Below are positions 13,537 to 26,637 of a DNA stretch of 64,000 bases, in pieces (position 1 is the stretch's first letter; every line of letters starts with the position of its first letter). A model generated the notes under the pieces. It ran no database searches and had not been told where the DNA came from. It saw only the letters and a program-made list of their open reading frames with translations. Position numbers and translations under genes: made by a program. Source of the DNA: Octopus sinensis (taxonomy: Eukaryota); the NCBI RefSeq assembly GCF_006345805.1, contig NC_042997.1:46376001-46440000 (forward strand), given 5' to 3'.

Positions 13537-14750
13537 CGAGCACGAGAGATATTCATTATACATTTTCTCTGACCCACTTCCGGTTCTTGCAGGAAACAGA
13601 ACTTGTACAGGTATGATTATATATGTCTCTACTTGTTACATTCTAAATTGCAGCTTTCCGCTAAAATACGTTGTCTATTACGGCTGCTGAAGTGCACTAA
13701 GGTGTTATAATGGACGTAGCTTTATATTGATGAGTGAACAGGTTCTTATACTTAAAACGTACACCAAAAGAAACTTTTTGTGAGATGAAAGAAATTTACG
13801 ACTCAGTGAAGCACTGGCATCGCCTGTTTAAATGCGGTCGGACATAGGTGGAAACTGCACCTATTCCTGAACGATTCCGCCATTGATGATGACACCATCC
13901 AAAAATCTGAAGTCTCTTTTTTTGAGTTTCACTGCATGACTATTCGACAACTAGCGCAAGAAGCGACGATCAGTGTACGTTTCCTGGATAAAATCATTCA
14001 CGACTGTTTTCAGATGCTGAAGTTGTCTGCACGATGGATTCCCCGGATGCTCACACCTTTTCAGAAGTAGGAATGTGTCAAGCACTCTCAGACACTTGGC
14101 AATGTGCCAAGAAGACGAGGACTTTTTCCCCAGACTTATTACACGGGATGAAACATGGGTGCATCACAATGATCCTGAGACTAAAGCCCAGTCGAAGCAA
14201 CGGAGAAGTATGATAACTCACCCCCTATAAAGAAGGCCCTCAGCAGGCAAGGTGATGCTCACAGTTTTTTGGGATCAGTGTGGAGTAGTGATGATGGATT
14301 TTCTGGCAAATATAACCGCAATTAATTATGATTCTCTGCTGCAGAATTTACGAGAGGCCATCAAAGAAGAGAGGCGTGGCATGCAGATGAAAGGAATCCG
14401 TTCCCTCCTAGACAAGGCTCCAGCTCACAATGCGCATGTTGCCCAGATGGAAGCATACTCCTGCGGCCATGAAATCCTTCCACATCCTCCTTACTCTCCC
14501 GATCTCGCATCACCTTTTTTCAACCATGAAAACTTTTTTGAAAGGGAAGCACTTTCCGAAGTAAAGTTTTGGCCCCAGACTCAACCTACCCACTTCTACA
14601 GATGAGGTCTTCACAGCTGCAAAAAAAACGATGGGAGAAGTGTGTCACCATTCATGGTAGCTATGTAGAGGGACGAGTAATTATGCCAAGTTTCGCTTAT
14701 TCCAGTCCTTGTGTAGTGGGTCAGAGGAAATCTTTAATGAGTAACACTCG
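13537..14750 (+). mobile_element. Near full-length defective mariner (DD34D) element
   Basis: Motifs LSARWIPRMLT, ITRDETWVHH, VMLTVFWD, LLDKAPAH and LPHPPYSPDLA. TIR cores TTTTCTCTGACCCAC / GTGGGTCAGAGGAAA with TA flanks. Multiple stops and frameshifts. Confidence 0.92.
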
Positions 14751-14756
14751 TATTTG

Positions 14757-16930
14757 TGTGTTTTATTAAGAATCCATTCATAATAATAATTTTTTTAAGT
14801 AGTGTTGGTTTGCCACGTGGATATAGTTTTTAGTTCCATTTATTCTATTTCTCCATTCATAATTTTAAATGACGTTTGATTTCCATGGCGCGTATTCTTT
14901 TTATACATAAGTTATGTTTCTATGGTAACGTAATTTTCGTTTGATTTTTTTAACGGCTTAGAATTTAATTTCACTTCATAATTTGAAACTGACTTGTAAG
15001 TATGTATTTTATTTCTCCTTATGTCATATTGTTATTTTTTATATTCTGGTTAATTACGATGTATTTAATGTTGTTTTTATTGGAGTGTTTATGTATGTGA
15101 GATTGGTGGAGTGATGTGTGCGTTTTTTAGTTGTATAATTTATTTATCTGTATGAGTGTGGGTGGTGTAAATATTGTTGTATATATCGAGTTTAGTGAGT
15201 ATGTATATGCGTATATGTGAGGGAGTATATGTATCTGTTGTGTGTGTGTGTTTTGCGTTGTGTGTGTGTTTGTGTGTGAATGTGTATATGGGTTGTTATA
15301 TAGGTTTGGGGATGTATGTGTTAATTTGTCTGTGTGGGGAGGGAGTGGGTTTTTGGTGTATATTGAGGTTTATAAGTTAGTATAGGTAGGTGTGAGTGAG
15401 GTGGGTATTTGTATAAGTCGTGGGTCTGTGGTTTTACGTGGTGTATTTGTGTGTGAATGTTTAGGTTAGGGGGATTGCTATATAGGTTTGTTATAGAGTT
15501 TAGCAAAGGGAGATTTTATCGTTATATGTTTTTTGAGTTTTGGTTTATCATGTTTTTTTTTAGGGAATTCGTGGTAATTTGTCTATTTACGATGTTGGTG
15601 TTTTATTACATTGTTTCATTCATAATTTTTGAGTGGTGTTCGTTTTGCCACGTGAATATTATTTTTAATTCCATTTATTCCATTTCTCCATTCATAATTT
15701 TAAAAGATGTTCGTTTCCAGAGCGGGAATACTTTTTATACATATGTTAAGTTCCTTGGTAACGTAATTTGTTTGGTGTATATGTTGAGGCTTATATATAC
15801 TTGTGGGTGTGGGTGAGTGGGTGGGTGTTGTATTTGTTATGGGTGTGTGGTTTACGTGTGTGTATTTGTGTGTGAATGTATAGGTTAAAGGGATTGCTAT
15901 ATAAGTATGTTATAGGGTTTAGTAAAGGGAGGTTTATATCTATGTTTTTGTGAGTTTTAGTTTATCATGGTAGTTTTATAAAAGAATCCATAATTTTTTA
16001 AAATAATGTTGGTTTACCGCGTGTATATAATTTTTAATTCCATTTATTTCTCCATTCATTATTTTAAGTGAGGTTTGCTTCCATAGCGCGTATTCTTTTT
16101 ATACATAAGTTATGTTACTATGGTAACGTAATTTGGTTTGATGTTTTTAACGGATTAGAATTTAATTTTACTTCATAATTTGAAACTGACTTGAAAGTAT
16201 GTATATTATTTCTCCTTATGTCATATTGTTATTTTTGATATTCTGGTTACTTACGATGTATTTTATATATCGTATTATGTGTAATAATGTTGTTTTTTTT
16301 GGAGTGTTTATGTATGTGGGATTGTGTGTGAGTGCGTGCGTATTTTGGTTGTGTAGTTTGTTTATCTGTATGAATGTGGGTGGTTAATATTGTTGTATAT
16401 GTCGAGTTTGGTGAGTATGTATATGTATATGGTGTGTGTTTTACGTATGTATATAGTGTGTCGTTTTTTTGTTTGGTTTATGTGTGATGGGTTTGCTATT
16501 TAGGTTTGGGGATGTATGTGTTATTTGTCTGTGTGGGGTTGAGTGGGTTTTGGGAGTATATGTTGAGGTTTATATGTATGTATAGGTATGTGTAAGTGGG
16601 GTGGGTATTTGTATATGTCGTGGGTGTGTGGTTTACGTGTGTGTATTTGTGTGTGAATGTTTAGGTTAGGGGGATTGCTATATAGGTATGTTATAGAGTT
16701 TAGTAAAGGGAGATTTTATCATTATATGCTTTTATGAGTTGGGTTTATCATGGTAGTTTTGTTAAGGAATTCGTAGTAATTTGGTCTATTTGCGAGTTGT
16801 CTGTGTTTTATTGCATTATTTCATTCATAATTTTTAAGTAGTGTTCGTTTTACCAAGGAATATAATTTTTAATTCCATTTATTCCATTTCTCCCGTCATA
16901 ATTTTAAGTGATGTCCGTTCTAGAGCGGGA
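14757..16930. repeat. G/T-skewed higher-order tandem repeat (long+short units, ~1.2 kb period)
   Basis: Anchors: AAGAATCCAT at 14768/15982, TTAGGTTAGGGGGATTGCTA at 15461/16661, GTGTTTTATT at 15598/16803. Line 15421-15480 has 23 G versus 3 C. Confidence 0.85.
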
Positions 16931-17354
16931 ATGTGGGTTGTATGTGTGTGTGAGGGAGTATGAATAAGTATTGTGTTGAAGTATTTAGCTATTTTATTTA
17001 TTTATCGTTGCCTAGACGTTTTTATGTGTATGTATAGGGATATATATATATAGGTGTGTGATTTAGTGTATGCATTTAGATATGGTTATATATAATTAGT
17101 TATATGTGTATGGGTGTATATATAGTTTATTTTTTGTTTTGTTTTATATTTTATATTTTATATTTTATATTTTATATTTTATATTTAATTGTTGATAGGT
17201 TTATTTTAGTTTATATATTGTTTATATATTGATTATATATGGATTATATATAGGTTATAAATAGATTATATATTTATATTTTTTCATTAATACTTTAATT
17301 ATTTTAAAATTATTATTTTTATATTTTAAAATATTGATATTTTAGATTGGAAGT

Positions 17355-17396
17355 CCACCTGAAGATTGTCGATCAAGACAGAAACAATTGTAGTGG
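17355..17396 (+). ncRNA. Minimal type I hammerhead ribozyme motif
   Basis: CCAC-CTGAAGA-T-TGTC(gatcaa)GACA-GAAA-C(AATT)G-TA-GTGG. All core nucleotides are present, with a GUA triplet and a self-complementary ACAATTGT stem III. The 10.1-11.1 pair is U-A, not G-C. Confidence 0.7.
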
Positions 17397-17579
17397 CGGT
17401 TTTTTTGACTTTTATTAAATTTTATGTATTGATTAAGTCTTTCCTTGTTTGTTTTGCAAAATAGTGGTTTTGTCTCTAATAATATTATATAATATTTTAT
17501 ATAATGGATTTAATTCCTAAATCTGATTTTTTTCCCTGTAAATTTGGATTTATTCCCTAATATTATATATATATATATG

Positions 17580-18808
17580 CAGGGATTGGACAAAATAATG
17601 GAGGAAATACCTTAAAATCTCAGACAACTTTATTTTAATATGGGGTAGGTCCACCTTTGGCAGTAATTACAGCTTGAATTCTACAAGGTATGAACTCGTA
17701 CAAGGTTTCAATTGTTTCCAAAGGAATGTTTGTCCTTTCTAAAACAGTCTCCAGTTCTTGTAGTGATGATGCTGGAGGATATCGACTCCTTACTTGTTTT
17801 TTTAAAATGCACCATAAATGTTCAATAATATTGAGATCTGGGGAATGTGGTGGCCAGGTAAGAGCGTCAACTTCCCATTCAGTACCAACTTTAGCTGTGT
17901 GAATTGGTGCATTATCAGCCTGAAAGATTGTGTTTCGCTCCGGAAATAGTCCCGCAAGCATACGTTGAATTTGATCAGATAAAATGCTTAAATAGTATTG
18001 ACTATTAATTATGCCATGAAGGGAAACCATTGGGCCGGCGGATTTCCAAGATATAGCCACCCACCCAGATCATCACAGATCCTCCTCCCTGTTTAACAGA
18101 TGTTAGACGGCAGTCTGGGGCAAATGCTTCTTTTGGCTGTCTCCACACGTATACTCGGCCGATGCTCGGAAATAAGGTAAAAGATGAATCGTCCAAGAAA
18201 ATAACATTCTTCCACTGCTCTAGGGACCAAATCTGTGGGTTTTTACTCCACTCTAAACGCTTTGCAACAATTGTTTTTGAAAGTAGTGGTTTTCTGATTG
18301 CAGCTCCCGGCGAACAGTTTTTATGGAAACTGGGTTCCCGAAGTGGTCTTTAAACTCTGCAGTAATTTTTGGAGCTGTACTTTTTTTATCCTTTCTAACA
18401 ATTCGTATAAGATTCCAACGGTCCCTTTCTAAAAGTTTTTGTTTTCTTCCGGAGTTTTGTTTCGACGAAGATGTTTTTCCCTCTTTCTCAAAAGCTGTCA
18501 TTACTTTCGAGACAGTACTTCTTGATACACCAAACATTTCGGCTGTTTTCGTTGCGCTGGCGCCTGCCATATAAACACTAACAATTTGACCTCTTTGAAA
18601 GTCTGATAGATCTGTCATTTCAATGAATTTTAATTACCTTTTTCTGATGATATCTGAAAAGAAACAGTAATTTTAGCAAAACATATTAAGCAACACTAAT
18701 AATAAATCAAAAAAGCATAAAAATAAAGAAGCTTTTGTTGGTTTTATAGATATTTCAAAATTACGATGCTGTGATGCTAGGTATTTCCATTATTTTTTCC
18801 AACCCCTG
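17580..18808 (-). mobile_element. Full-length defective Tc1 element
   Basis: TIRs CAGGGATTGGACAAAATAATGG / CCATTATTTTTTCCAACCCCTG. Fragments MTDLSDFQRGQIV..FGVSRSTVSKV, DDSSFTLF, GGGSVMIW, FQADNAPIH and WPPHSPDLNIIEHLW; frameshifted. Confidence 0.95.
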
Positions 18809-18883
18809 TATATATATAATTTCAATACAAACTGATGTATTTCGTTCATTTTTCTCAGTATTTTCTGTATGTAAAATGTTTTT

Positions 18884-19690
18884 AATATTCTTTGGCTTCA
18901 AGGCGGCGAGCTGCAGAATCGTTAGCAGGCCGGGCGAAATGCGTAGCCGTATTTCATCTGCCGTTACGTTCTGAGTTCAAATTCCGCCGAGGTCGACTTT
19001 GTCTTTCATCCTTTCGGAGTCGATAAATTAAGTACCAGTTACGCACTGGGGTCGATGTAATCGACTTAATCCCTTTGTCTGTCCTTGTTTGTCCCCTCTG
19101 TGTTTAGCTCCTTGTGGGAGGTATTCGGGGTCGATAAAATATGTGCCAGTTAAAAACTGGAGTCGATCTAATTGACTTACTCCTCCCCCTGACTAGCTGG
19201 CCTTGTGCCAAAAGTTTGAAACAAATATTATTTGGCTTCAAGGCAGAATTGTTAGTGCTTAGCAGCATTTCGTCCGTCTCTATGTTCAGAGTTCAATTTC
19301 CAGCGAGGTTGAATTTGCTTTTTATCCTTTCAGGACGGTTAAAGTAAGTACCAGTTGAGCACTGAGGTCGGTGTAATCGACTTCAACCCTTCCTGAAACT
19401 TGCTGGTCTTGTACCAAAATTTGAAACTAATATTCTTTGGCTTCAAGGCTTTAAAGCAGTGATCTGAAAGAATCGTTATTGCATCGCAAAATTGCTTAGC
19501 GTCATTTTTTTCCCACTTCAAAGTCTCACTTCATATTCGGCCGAGGTCACCTTTATCTTTGATCGTTTCGGAGTCGATAAAATAAATACCAGTCATGTAC
19601 TACGGGGAATATGATAGATTTCCCCTCTCATAAAAGAATTGCTGGCTCTGTGCCAAATTTGAAGCCAATATTCTCTGGCTTCATCAAGGA
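18884..19690 (+). mobile_element. SINE family A: young copy (18901-19115) plus a degenerate tandem array
   Basis: AGGCGGCGAGCTGCAGAATCGTTAGC..GAGTTCAAATTCCGCCGAGGTCGACTTTG.CTTTCATCCTTTCGG.GTCGATAAA core. The central domain resembles the MetaSINE type from memory. Units are separated by a shared AATATTCTTTGGCTTCAAGG junction. Confidence 0.8.
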
Positions 19691-20554
19691 ACACGCAAAT
19701 TCTTGTAAAATAAATCGATGTAGAATTTATTTTAAAAATTCGATGCCAAAAGAGTCAAGTTTTGTACGAAAATTTCGAAATCACGATGCCCAGTTAACGT
19801 TTAAATTGTATTTAAACACAAAGCAATATTTAAGGTAAGGTTGGGCATGTGTACGTCCACGTGATAAATTACATCATGTCAAGCATGATATAATAAATAA
19901 CAGATAAGACTTGTATCAATAATTTTACTTCTACTCTGCTTGATGAAATAAGTGCTGGTTCTGCTGTAGTCCAACAAGATCGACTTTTTTTTTTACGTAT
20001 ATTCATTTAGAAATGAAGAGTAGTATCTAAAGTGTTTTCCATTATCATATCAGAATTTCTGGCAAAGATGCTGAGGTTAACGAATTAACAGTTAATTTAA
20101 ATTGTTGATATCTGGCAGTTGTCGCAACGTGTTGGCAGAGCCAGAAATTTTATCAAAATGGAGTTATATGGAGAAGAAAAGTGTGGATAAAGGCTGGATA
20201 AAGTAAAACAACTGCAGGGTGAATCTTAAGGGGGTGAAAAGAAAGAGATGGGAATAAATTTACGTGTATCGTGTAAATTGTGTTGAGAAGAAGACTGAAG
20301 TACTCACATTAATACATTTGTAGTAATGGAAAATATAGAGGGTGTCTTTGCTCGATGATAGGAGAAATAATGGGAGATATGTGTACTCGTGACTGAAGGA
20401 ACTGATTTAATAGTGTCTATTTTCTGTCTAGAGATGATATTCGATGAAGAGAGAAAGGATGAGGAAGAGAGTGAGTAAAAGGGAGTGAGGAAGAGAGTGA
20501 GTAAAAGGGAGTGCGGAAGATAGAAAGAAAGAAAGACAGACAGACAATATTGGT

Positions 20555-22440
20555 TTCAAATTTTGGTACAAGGCCAACAATTTTGGGAGAAGGAGCAAGT
20601 CGATTAGATGAACTCCAATGCTCAACTGGTACTTATTTTATCGATTCTTTAAAGATGAAAGGCAAAGCCTACCTCGGCGGAAATTAGACACAGAATCTAA
20701 AGATGGACGTAATGTCACAAGGAATTTTGCCCGGCATGGTAGCGATTCTACCAGCTCAGAAACAGACAATATTAACATTTCACATTCTTGATTTAATTCA
20801 TACAAAAAGTAGTGCACGAAAGTTATTTACTCAGACATCATATCATTGATTTATATCTTGAAGAATCGGAAGCTGTGACGTCGTACGCTTTATGTAAAGT
20901 TTGACAATAAATGGATATGGGTTTCAATTTCTATACAAATCTAAGCTGTCTTTATGGTTTACCAGCAACGAACGACCTTATAATACTCAATACTAGGACC
21001 ATATTGATAGATGAATGGCGGTGATGATGCTGTGATGCAATTGTGTTGATGGTTATTTCTAAATATAATCCAGAATCACAAATTTCCTCTTCCAGTACTT
21101 CATTGATACTTTATTTTATCGATCCTAGAACGATAGAAAAGAAACTCGACAATGAACAAATATATAAATGTTTCAGTCATTTTACTGTGGCCATACTGGA
21201 GCACCGCCTATAGTCGAGCAAATTGACCCCAGGACTTATTCTTTGTAAGCGTAGTACTTATTCTATCGGCTTCTTTTGCCGAACCACTAACTTACGGTAA
21301 CCTAAACACACCAGCATCGTTTGTCAAGCAATGTGGGGGGGGGGGGCAAACACAGACACACAAACATACACACACGCACACACACACACACACACATATA
21401 TACATATGTGTGTGTGTGTGTATATACATATAGACGACGGGCTTCTTTCAGTTTCCGTCTACCAAGTCCACTCACAAGGCTTTGGTCGGTCCGAGGCTAT
21501 AGTAGAAGATAGTTGCCCAAGTTGCACGCAGTGGAAGTGAACCAGGAACCATGTGGTTGGTAAACAAGCTACTTACCACACAGCCGTTTGTTGCTGTACC
21601 GATGTTGGCATCCTAATAATAATGATAAACCTTTATACTATAGGCACGAAGCCTGAAATGTTGGGTAAGGGAGATATTCGATTACAGCCATTTTAGTATT
21701 CAACTGCTTCGTAATTCATCGACCCGCAAAGATAAAAGGAAAAGTCGACTTCGGTGAAGTTTTGAAGTCAGATAATAATGCCGCTAAAGAATTTGTCCGG
21801 CGTGGTAACGATTCTACCAGATCGCCATCTTAATAATAATACAAACAAACGTTTCTACAAAAGCACAAGGCCTAATATTTTGGGGGAGGAGAATGGTCGA
21901 TTCCATTGACCCCAGTGTTTCACTGATACTTAATTTATCACCCCGAAATGATGAAAGGCAACGTCGACCTCGGCGGAATTTAGACTCAGAATGTAAAGAT
22001 GGGCAAAATGCTGGCAGCGCTTTGTCCGGCGTGGTAACAATTCTCTCAGCTCGCCATCTAAATAATAATACAAAAAATTATTTCAAATTTTGCCTCAAAG
22101 TCAGCAAATTTGGGGATAGGGATTAAGGTGATTACATCGAATCCAGTGCTAAAGTGGTACTTATTTCATCGAGCCCGAAAGGATGGCGGTCAAAGTTGGC
22201 CTTCACCGAATTTGAACTCAGAACGGAAAGTCGGACGAATTGCCACTAAACACTTTGTCCGGCGTGCTAACGATGTTACCAGCTCGCCGCAAAGAAACTT
22301 GAGTGAAAATCATCAATAATAATCCTTTCTACTATAGCCACAATACCTGAAATTTGGGAGAGTGTCTAGTTGACCACATTGACCCTAATGCGCAGTTGAC
22401 ACTTATTTTATTGGGTCAAGAAGGATGAAAGGAAAAACCA
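20555..22440 (-). mobile_element. Cluster of degenerate SINE family A copies in tandem
   Basis: Repeated GTACTTATTTTATCGA..GATGAAAGGCAAAGTCGAC..GAATT..CCGGCGTG(G/C)TAACGA at ~20620, 21700, 21930, 22160 and 22400. Confidence 0.75.
21169..21585 (-). mobile_element. SINE family B (tRNA-like head, internal microsatellite, CR1-like tail)
   Basis: Reverse complement: GGCTGTGTGGTAAGTAGCTTG..CCACATGGTTCC..CTATAGCCTCGG.CCGACC..GCGGTGCTCCAGTATGGCC..TGACTGAAACA. Confidence 0.88.
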
Positions 22441-23227
22441 ACGGACTACAAACCATATACTTGTTGAAGAATAAGCAGTCTCGCCTTCTGTTTGATTATT
22501 AGTATTTCCACCAGTAAATTTCGTATATCTTTTTCTGAATCGTCTCGCCGAAATCTATTCTACCAGCGATACTTGCTTTTTCGTTTGTTGAGCTTATTCT
22601 GTCGCTTTTAGGTGTTTGTGAGTCGGTATATTGTTTGTTGGTGCGATAGTAGTAATCGTGCATATTCTTTGCATGTTGATGCCTATGTTTCATTAAATGT
22701 TTATTGTTTCTCTGTATGGGCCTGTAGTTTATGATGTTTCTCTGCGGGGGTTGTTTTCAATGTTTGGGTGTAAAAGGTTATGTCTTGAGTGATAGGAGAT
22801 GATTGCAAAATATGGTTTCACCCTCAAAATCATCTCCTTCTACCTTCCTATACTGTTAACCGAACGACAGAGACGGCGTGATATTGAAAAGAATTTTTAT
22901 GTTCGAATTATTCTAAGATTTTGTCCCGCAAGAAAATAGGAAGTAGAATAAAATCAACAAAGCAGACCCCTGTAAAATGAAAACAAGTTTAAAAAACACG
23001 CGGAGCTTCCAAAACAATATTCAACTTCTGCAATAAATAACAATGTTTATATAACTTAATAATAATGTTATATAATTTAATAATAATGATTGGTTGACTG
23101 TTTAGCGGAGGCCAGTAATTTTCGTGGGAAGAAGTTAGTCCAATTAATCGGCCCCATTGCTGTATTGGTACTTATTTTATCGACCCAAAATCAAAGGAAG
23201 GCAAGGTTCTCGCTGCGTGATATGAAT

Positions 23228-23355
23228 CTTGCAACTTAACCATATGGTTCCGGGTGGTTCTGCGTGGTACACTAGGCAGTGTCTTCCAATATAACCTCAT
23301 GCCGACCCAAACCTTGTTAGTGAATTTGGTAGACGGAAACTGAAAGAAACTCAAC

Positions 23356-23403
<48 letters not shown>

Positions 23404-23660
23404 GTGTGTGTGTCTGTCTGTCTGTGTATGAGTGAAGCATCGGTTGTGTATTTGTGTGTGTGTTTTTGTGTCCACCACCATCGCTAGAGATCTGGTTTTG
23501 GTATTTTTACGTCACTGTAACATAGCGGTTCGTTAAAAGAGGCGATAGTATAAGTACCAGACTTTAAAAAGTTAACCCCTGAAGTCAGTTCATTCAACCA
23601 AAAAGTCTTGAAGGCTGTGCTCCAGCATGGCTACAGTCTAATGCCTGAAAGAAACAAAAG
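23228..23660 (+). mobile_element. SINE family B, diverged copy
   Basis: AACCATATGGTTCCGGG..GGTAGACGGAAACTGAAAGAAAC, microsatellite, then GTGCTCCAGCATGGCTACAGTC. Confidence 0.75.
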
Positions 23661-23747
23661 ATTAAAAAATGATAAAAGTGGGAAGAAATGCATCCGATGC
23701 ACAAACGTTTGTACCAGTTCGCAGCATTAATAATAATAATAATAATA

Positions 23748-23807
<60 letters not shown>

Positions 23808-24311
23808 TACCTGAGCTAAATATATAACTGAGCTAAATAACCTAATATACGCAGCACACTGAGCTAAATAACCTAATATACGCAGCAGCCACTGCAGCCA
23901 CAAAAGAAGCTGGATACTCACCCAAACCCGCCCAAACAGGAGTACCACCACCCAAACAAACCCTGTGGATAAATAACATCCAAAGCAAAATAAAAAAAAT
24001 TAGAAAAGACCTGTCGATTCTTAATGAAATCAGCAAACAATCAACGCTACTGAGCAACAAAAAGAGAAAAAAATACTCCGCAAATATAACATCACAGAGA
24101 AAGATTTGCCTGAAATAAAAGAAAAGCTGAAGCAAGATATCCTTGCCAAAGCACAAAGGATCCGCCGGTACAAGAAACGCCAACGCTTCTTTGAAGAAAA
24201 CAAAAAGTTCAACTCTAACCCCCAAAAGTTCTACCAAGAACTGGGAAAAAATAAAATAGAAGTCACTGCAGCACCAACGGCAGAAGAATTGGAAGAATTC
24301 TGGGGAGAAAT

Positions 24312-25427
24312 ATGGTCGGCGAACGAACCACAAAAAAAAGGAGTATCAGAATAACAAACTCGGCATCTGAACAACTTTGGACCCCCATAACAACTGAAGA
24401 GGTTACCCAGGCACTGCAAAGACTAAGCAACTGGAAGGCACCTGGGTATGACAAGATCTCCAACTTCTGGTTGAAATATCTAACAGGAATGCACAAAAAG
24501 CTGGCTGAAAACTTTAACAAAGTACTAGCAGAGCCAGAGACAATGCCTGAATGGCTCACGAAGGGGAAAACCATCTTAATTCCCAAATCAAATGAAACAG
24601 AAAAACCAGAAAACTACAGACCAATAACCTGCCTCCCTACTATGTTCAAGGCATTTACTGCAGTGATATCACAAAGGCTGAACAAGCACCTGGACGAAAA
24701 CAAACTGTTCCCAGAAGAGCAGAAAGGATGCCGCAAAGACTCATATGGCTGTAAAGATCAACTAATGATTAATAAAGCCATAACTGAAGACAGCCACAGA
24801 AAGAAGAAAGGCCTCAGTATGGCCTGGATTGAATACAAAAAGGCGTTTGATAGCATCCCCCACACATGGATCCTCGAAACACTAGCCATTAACAAAGTAG
24901 CACCAACAATCATAAAATTCATAGAGCACTCTATGAATAAATGGCAAACAGTCCTACACCTCCAAACAAAAGAGGGACTCATGAAAACCAAAGACATCCC
25001 CATTAGAAGAGGAATATTCCAGGGAGACACGCTCTCTCCACTCCTTTTCTGCTTGGCACTGTCACCTCTATCTGATATGCTAAATAGAACTGGATGCGGA
25101 TATAAATGTTACGGCAAAACGATCAGCCACCTTTTATATATGGATGACCTAAAACTATACGCTGCAAATGACAAACAGCTGGAAACACTATTAAAGACAG
25201 TTCATGGATTTACCAAAGAAATAGATATGAAATTTGGATTAGAAAAATGCGCCAAAGTAACCCTGAAAAGAGGAAAACTAGTTAAGAGTAACAACATCAC
25301 ACTAGATAAAACCAATGAAATAAAAGAATTAGACCAAAGCCAAACTTACAAATACTTAGGAATCCATGAACTAGATAAGACACATCACACACAAATGAAA
25401 GAGAAAATAAAAAAAAGAATATTATAG
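24312..25427 (+). pseudogene. Dong/R4 ORF fragment: reverse transcriptase domain
   Basis: 371-aa open frame with a full RT motif set including YMDD; bounded by frameshifts in A-runs (~24345, ~25420). Confidence 0.92.
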
Positions 25428-25581
25428 ACGAGTTAGATCAATACTAAACACAGAGCTCAATGCTAAAAACAAGATAATAGGTATCAACACTTTAGCTGTC
25501 CCAGTTATAAGTTACAACTACAATATCCTTAACTGGGCACGAAATGAACTGACCAAAATAGATAGGAAAACAAGAAAAATA

Positions 25582-26637
25582 ATGACAGGATCTAGGATGC
25601 ATCACCCAAAATCTGACATAGAAAGACTATATATACAACGTATAGAAGGTGGTAGAGGCCTTATACAGCTGGAAAACTACTATAAAATAACCACCATAGG
25701 ACTGCAAAAATATCTACTTCAGAAGGAAGGAAAACTGATCCAGATAGCGGCAAAACACGAGCAAAACAAAAAACTGTTCTCAGTATTTAAGGAAGCTGAC
25801 AAATACAAACAAGAAATCATACCACCTAATAAACACGAAGAAGAAGAAGAAGAAGAAGATGAAGAAACAACAAAAGCTATAAAACAAATGAAATCCAAAC
25901 TAAAAATAGAACAGCAACGAACCATGATAAAACGATGGCAAGAAAAGCCCCTTCATGGTAAATACTGGACTAAACTAAACGCAAAAGAAATAGTCAAAGA
26001 AAACTCCCAGCAATGGTTGAGAAGCTCAGGACTCAAAGCAGAAACAGAGGGATTTTTAATTGCAGCACAAGACCAAAGCCTCCCCACCAGAAATTACCAA
26101 AAACATGTAATGAAAAGAAACATTACAAGTAACTGCAGAATATGTGGAGATGGACAAGAAACAATAAATCATATTATCTCTAGCTGCCCAGTCTTGGCTA
26201 AGAAGGAATATATTCACAGACATGACAGAGTTGGAACCTACATACATTGGAAGCTATGCCAACATTATGGAATAACAACAGAAAAAAGATGGTATAGGTA
26301 CACACCAGAAAAGGTCACAGAAAACGAGAAAGCAACCATACTCTGGGATATGCCGATACACACAGATAGAGAAATTAAGGCCAACAGACCAGATATAGTT
26401 GTCAGAGATCATGAAGAAAAAAAATGCTTTCTAATTGATGTATCAATACCGGCTGATGACAACGTGTCTCTAAAAGAAATGGAGAAACTCTCAAAATACA
26501 AAGACCTGGAAATAGAGGTAACTAGAATGTGGAATCTGAAAACAGAAACAATTCCTATCGTTGTAGGTGCATTAGGCATGATAAAAATATTCAGACAAAT
26601 ACATAACAAAAACACCAGGACTTACAAACACATATAA
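25582..26637 (+). pseudogene. Dong/R4 ORF fragment: C-terminal zinc finger + restriction-like endonuclease
   Basis: MHHPKSDIERLY..GGRGL, WLRSSGLKAETEGFLIAAQDQSL, CCHC, RHD, PD..D and KYKDL. Confidence 0.92.

Noticed and set aside
14757-16930. NUMT or bisulfite-like artefact explanation for the G/T skew; TTAGGTTAGGG as telomere seed
   Set aside because: No mitochondrial gene motifs are recognised, CpG and non-CpG Cs persist in sub-blocks, and the telomere-like 11-mer is not tandem. A BLAST against the mitogenome is still advisable.
18640-18670. Other CTGATGA/CTGAAGA hits (e.g. 18645, 44106, 52714, 55037, 61393)
   Set aside because: No stem II plus GAAA and no stem I/III pairing.
22450-22800. 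Possible PLE GIY-YIG relic on the minus strand (ISARRFRKRY)
   Set aside because: Single weak motif, many stops, no RT context.
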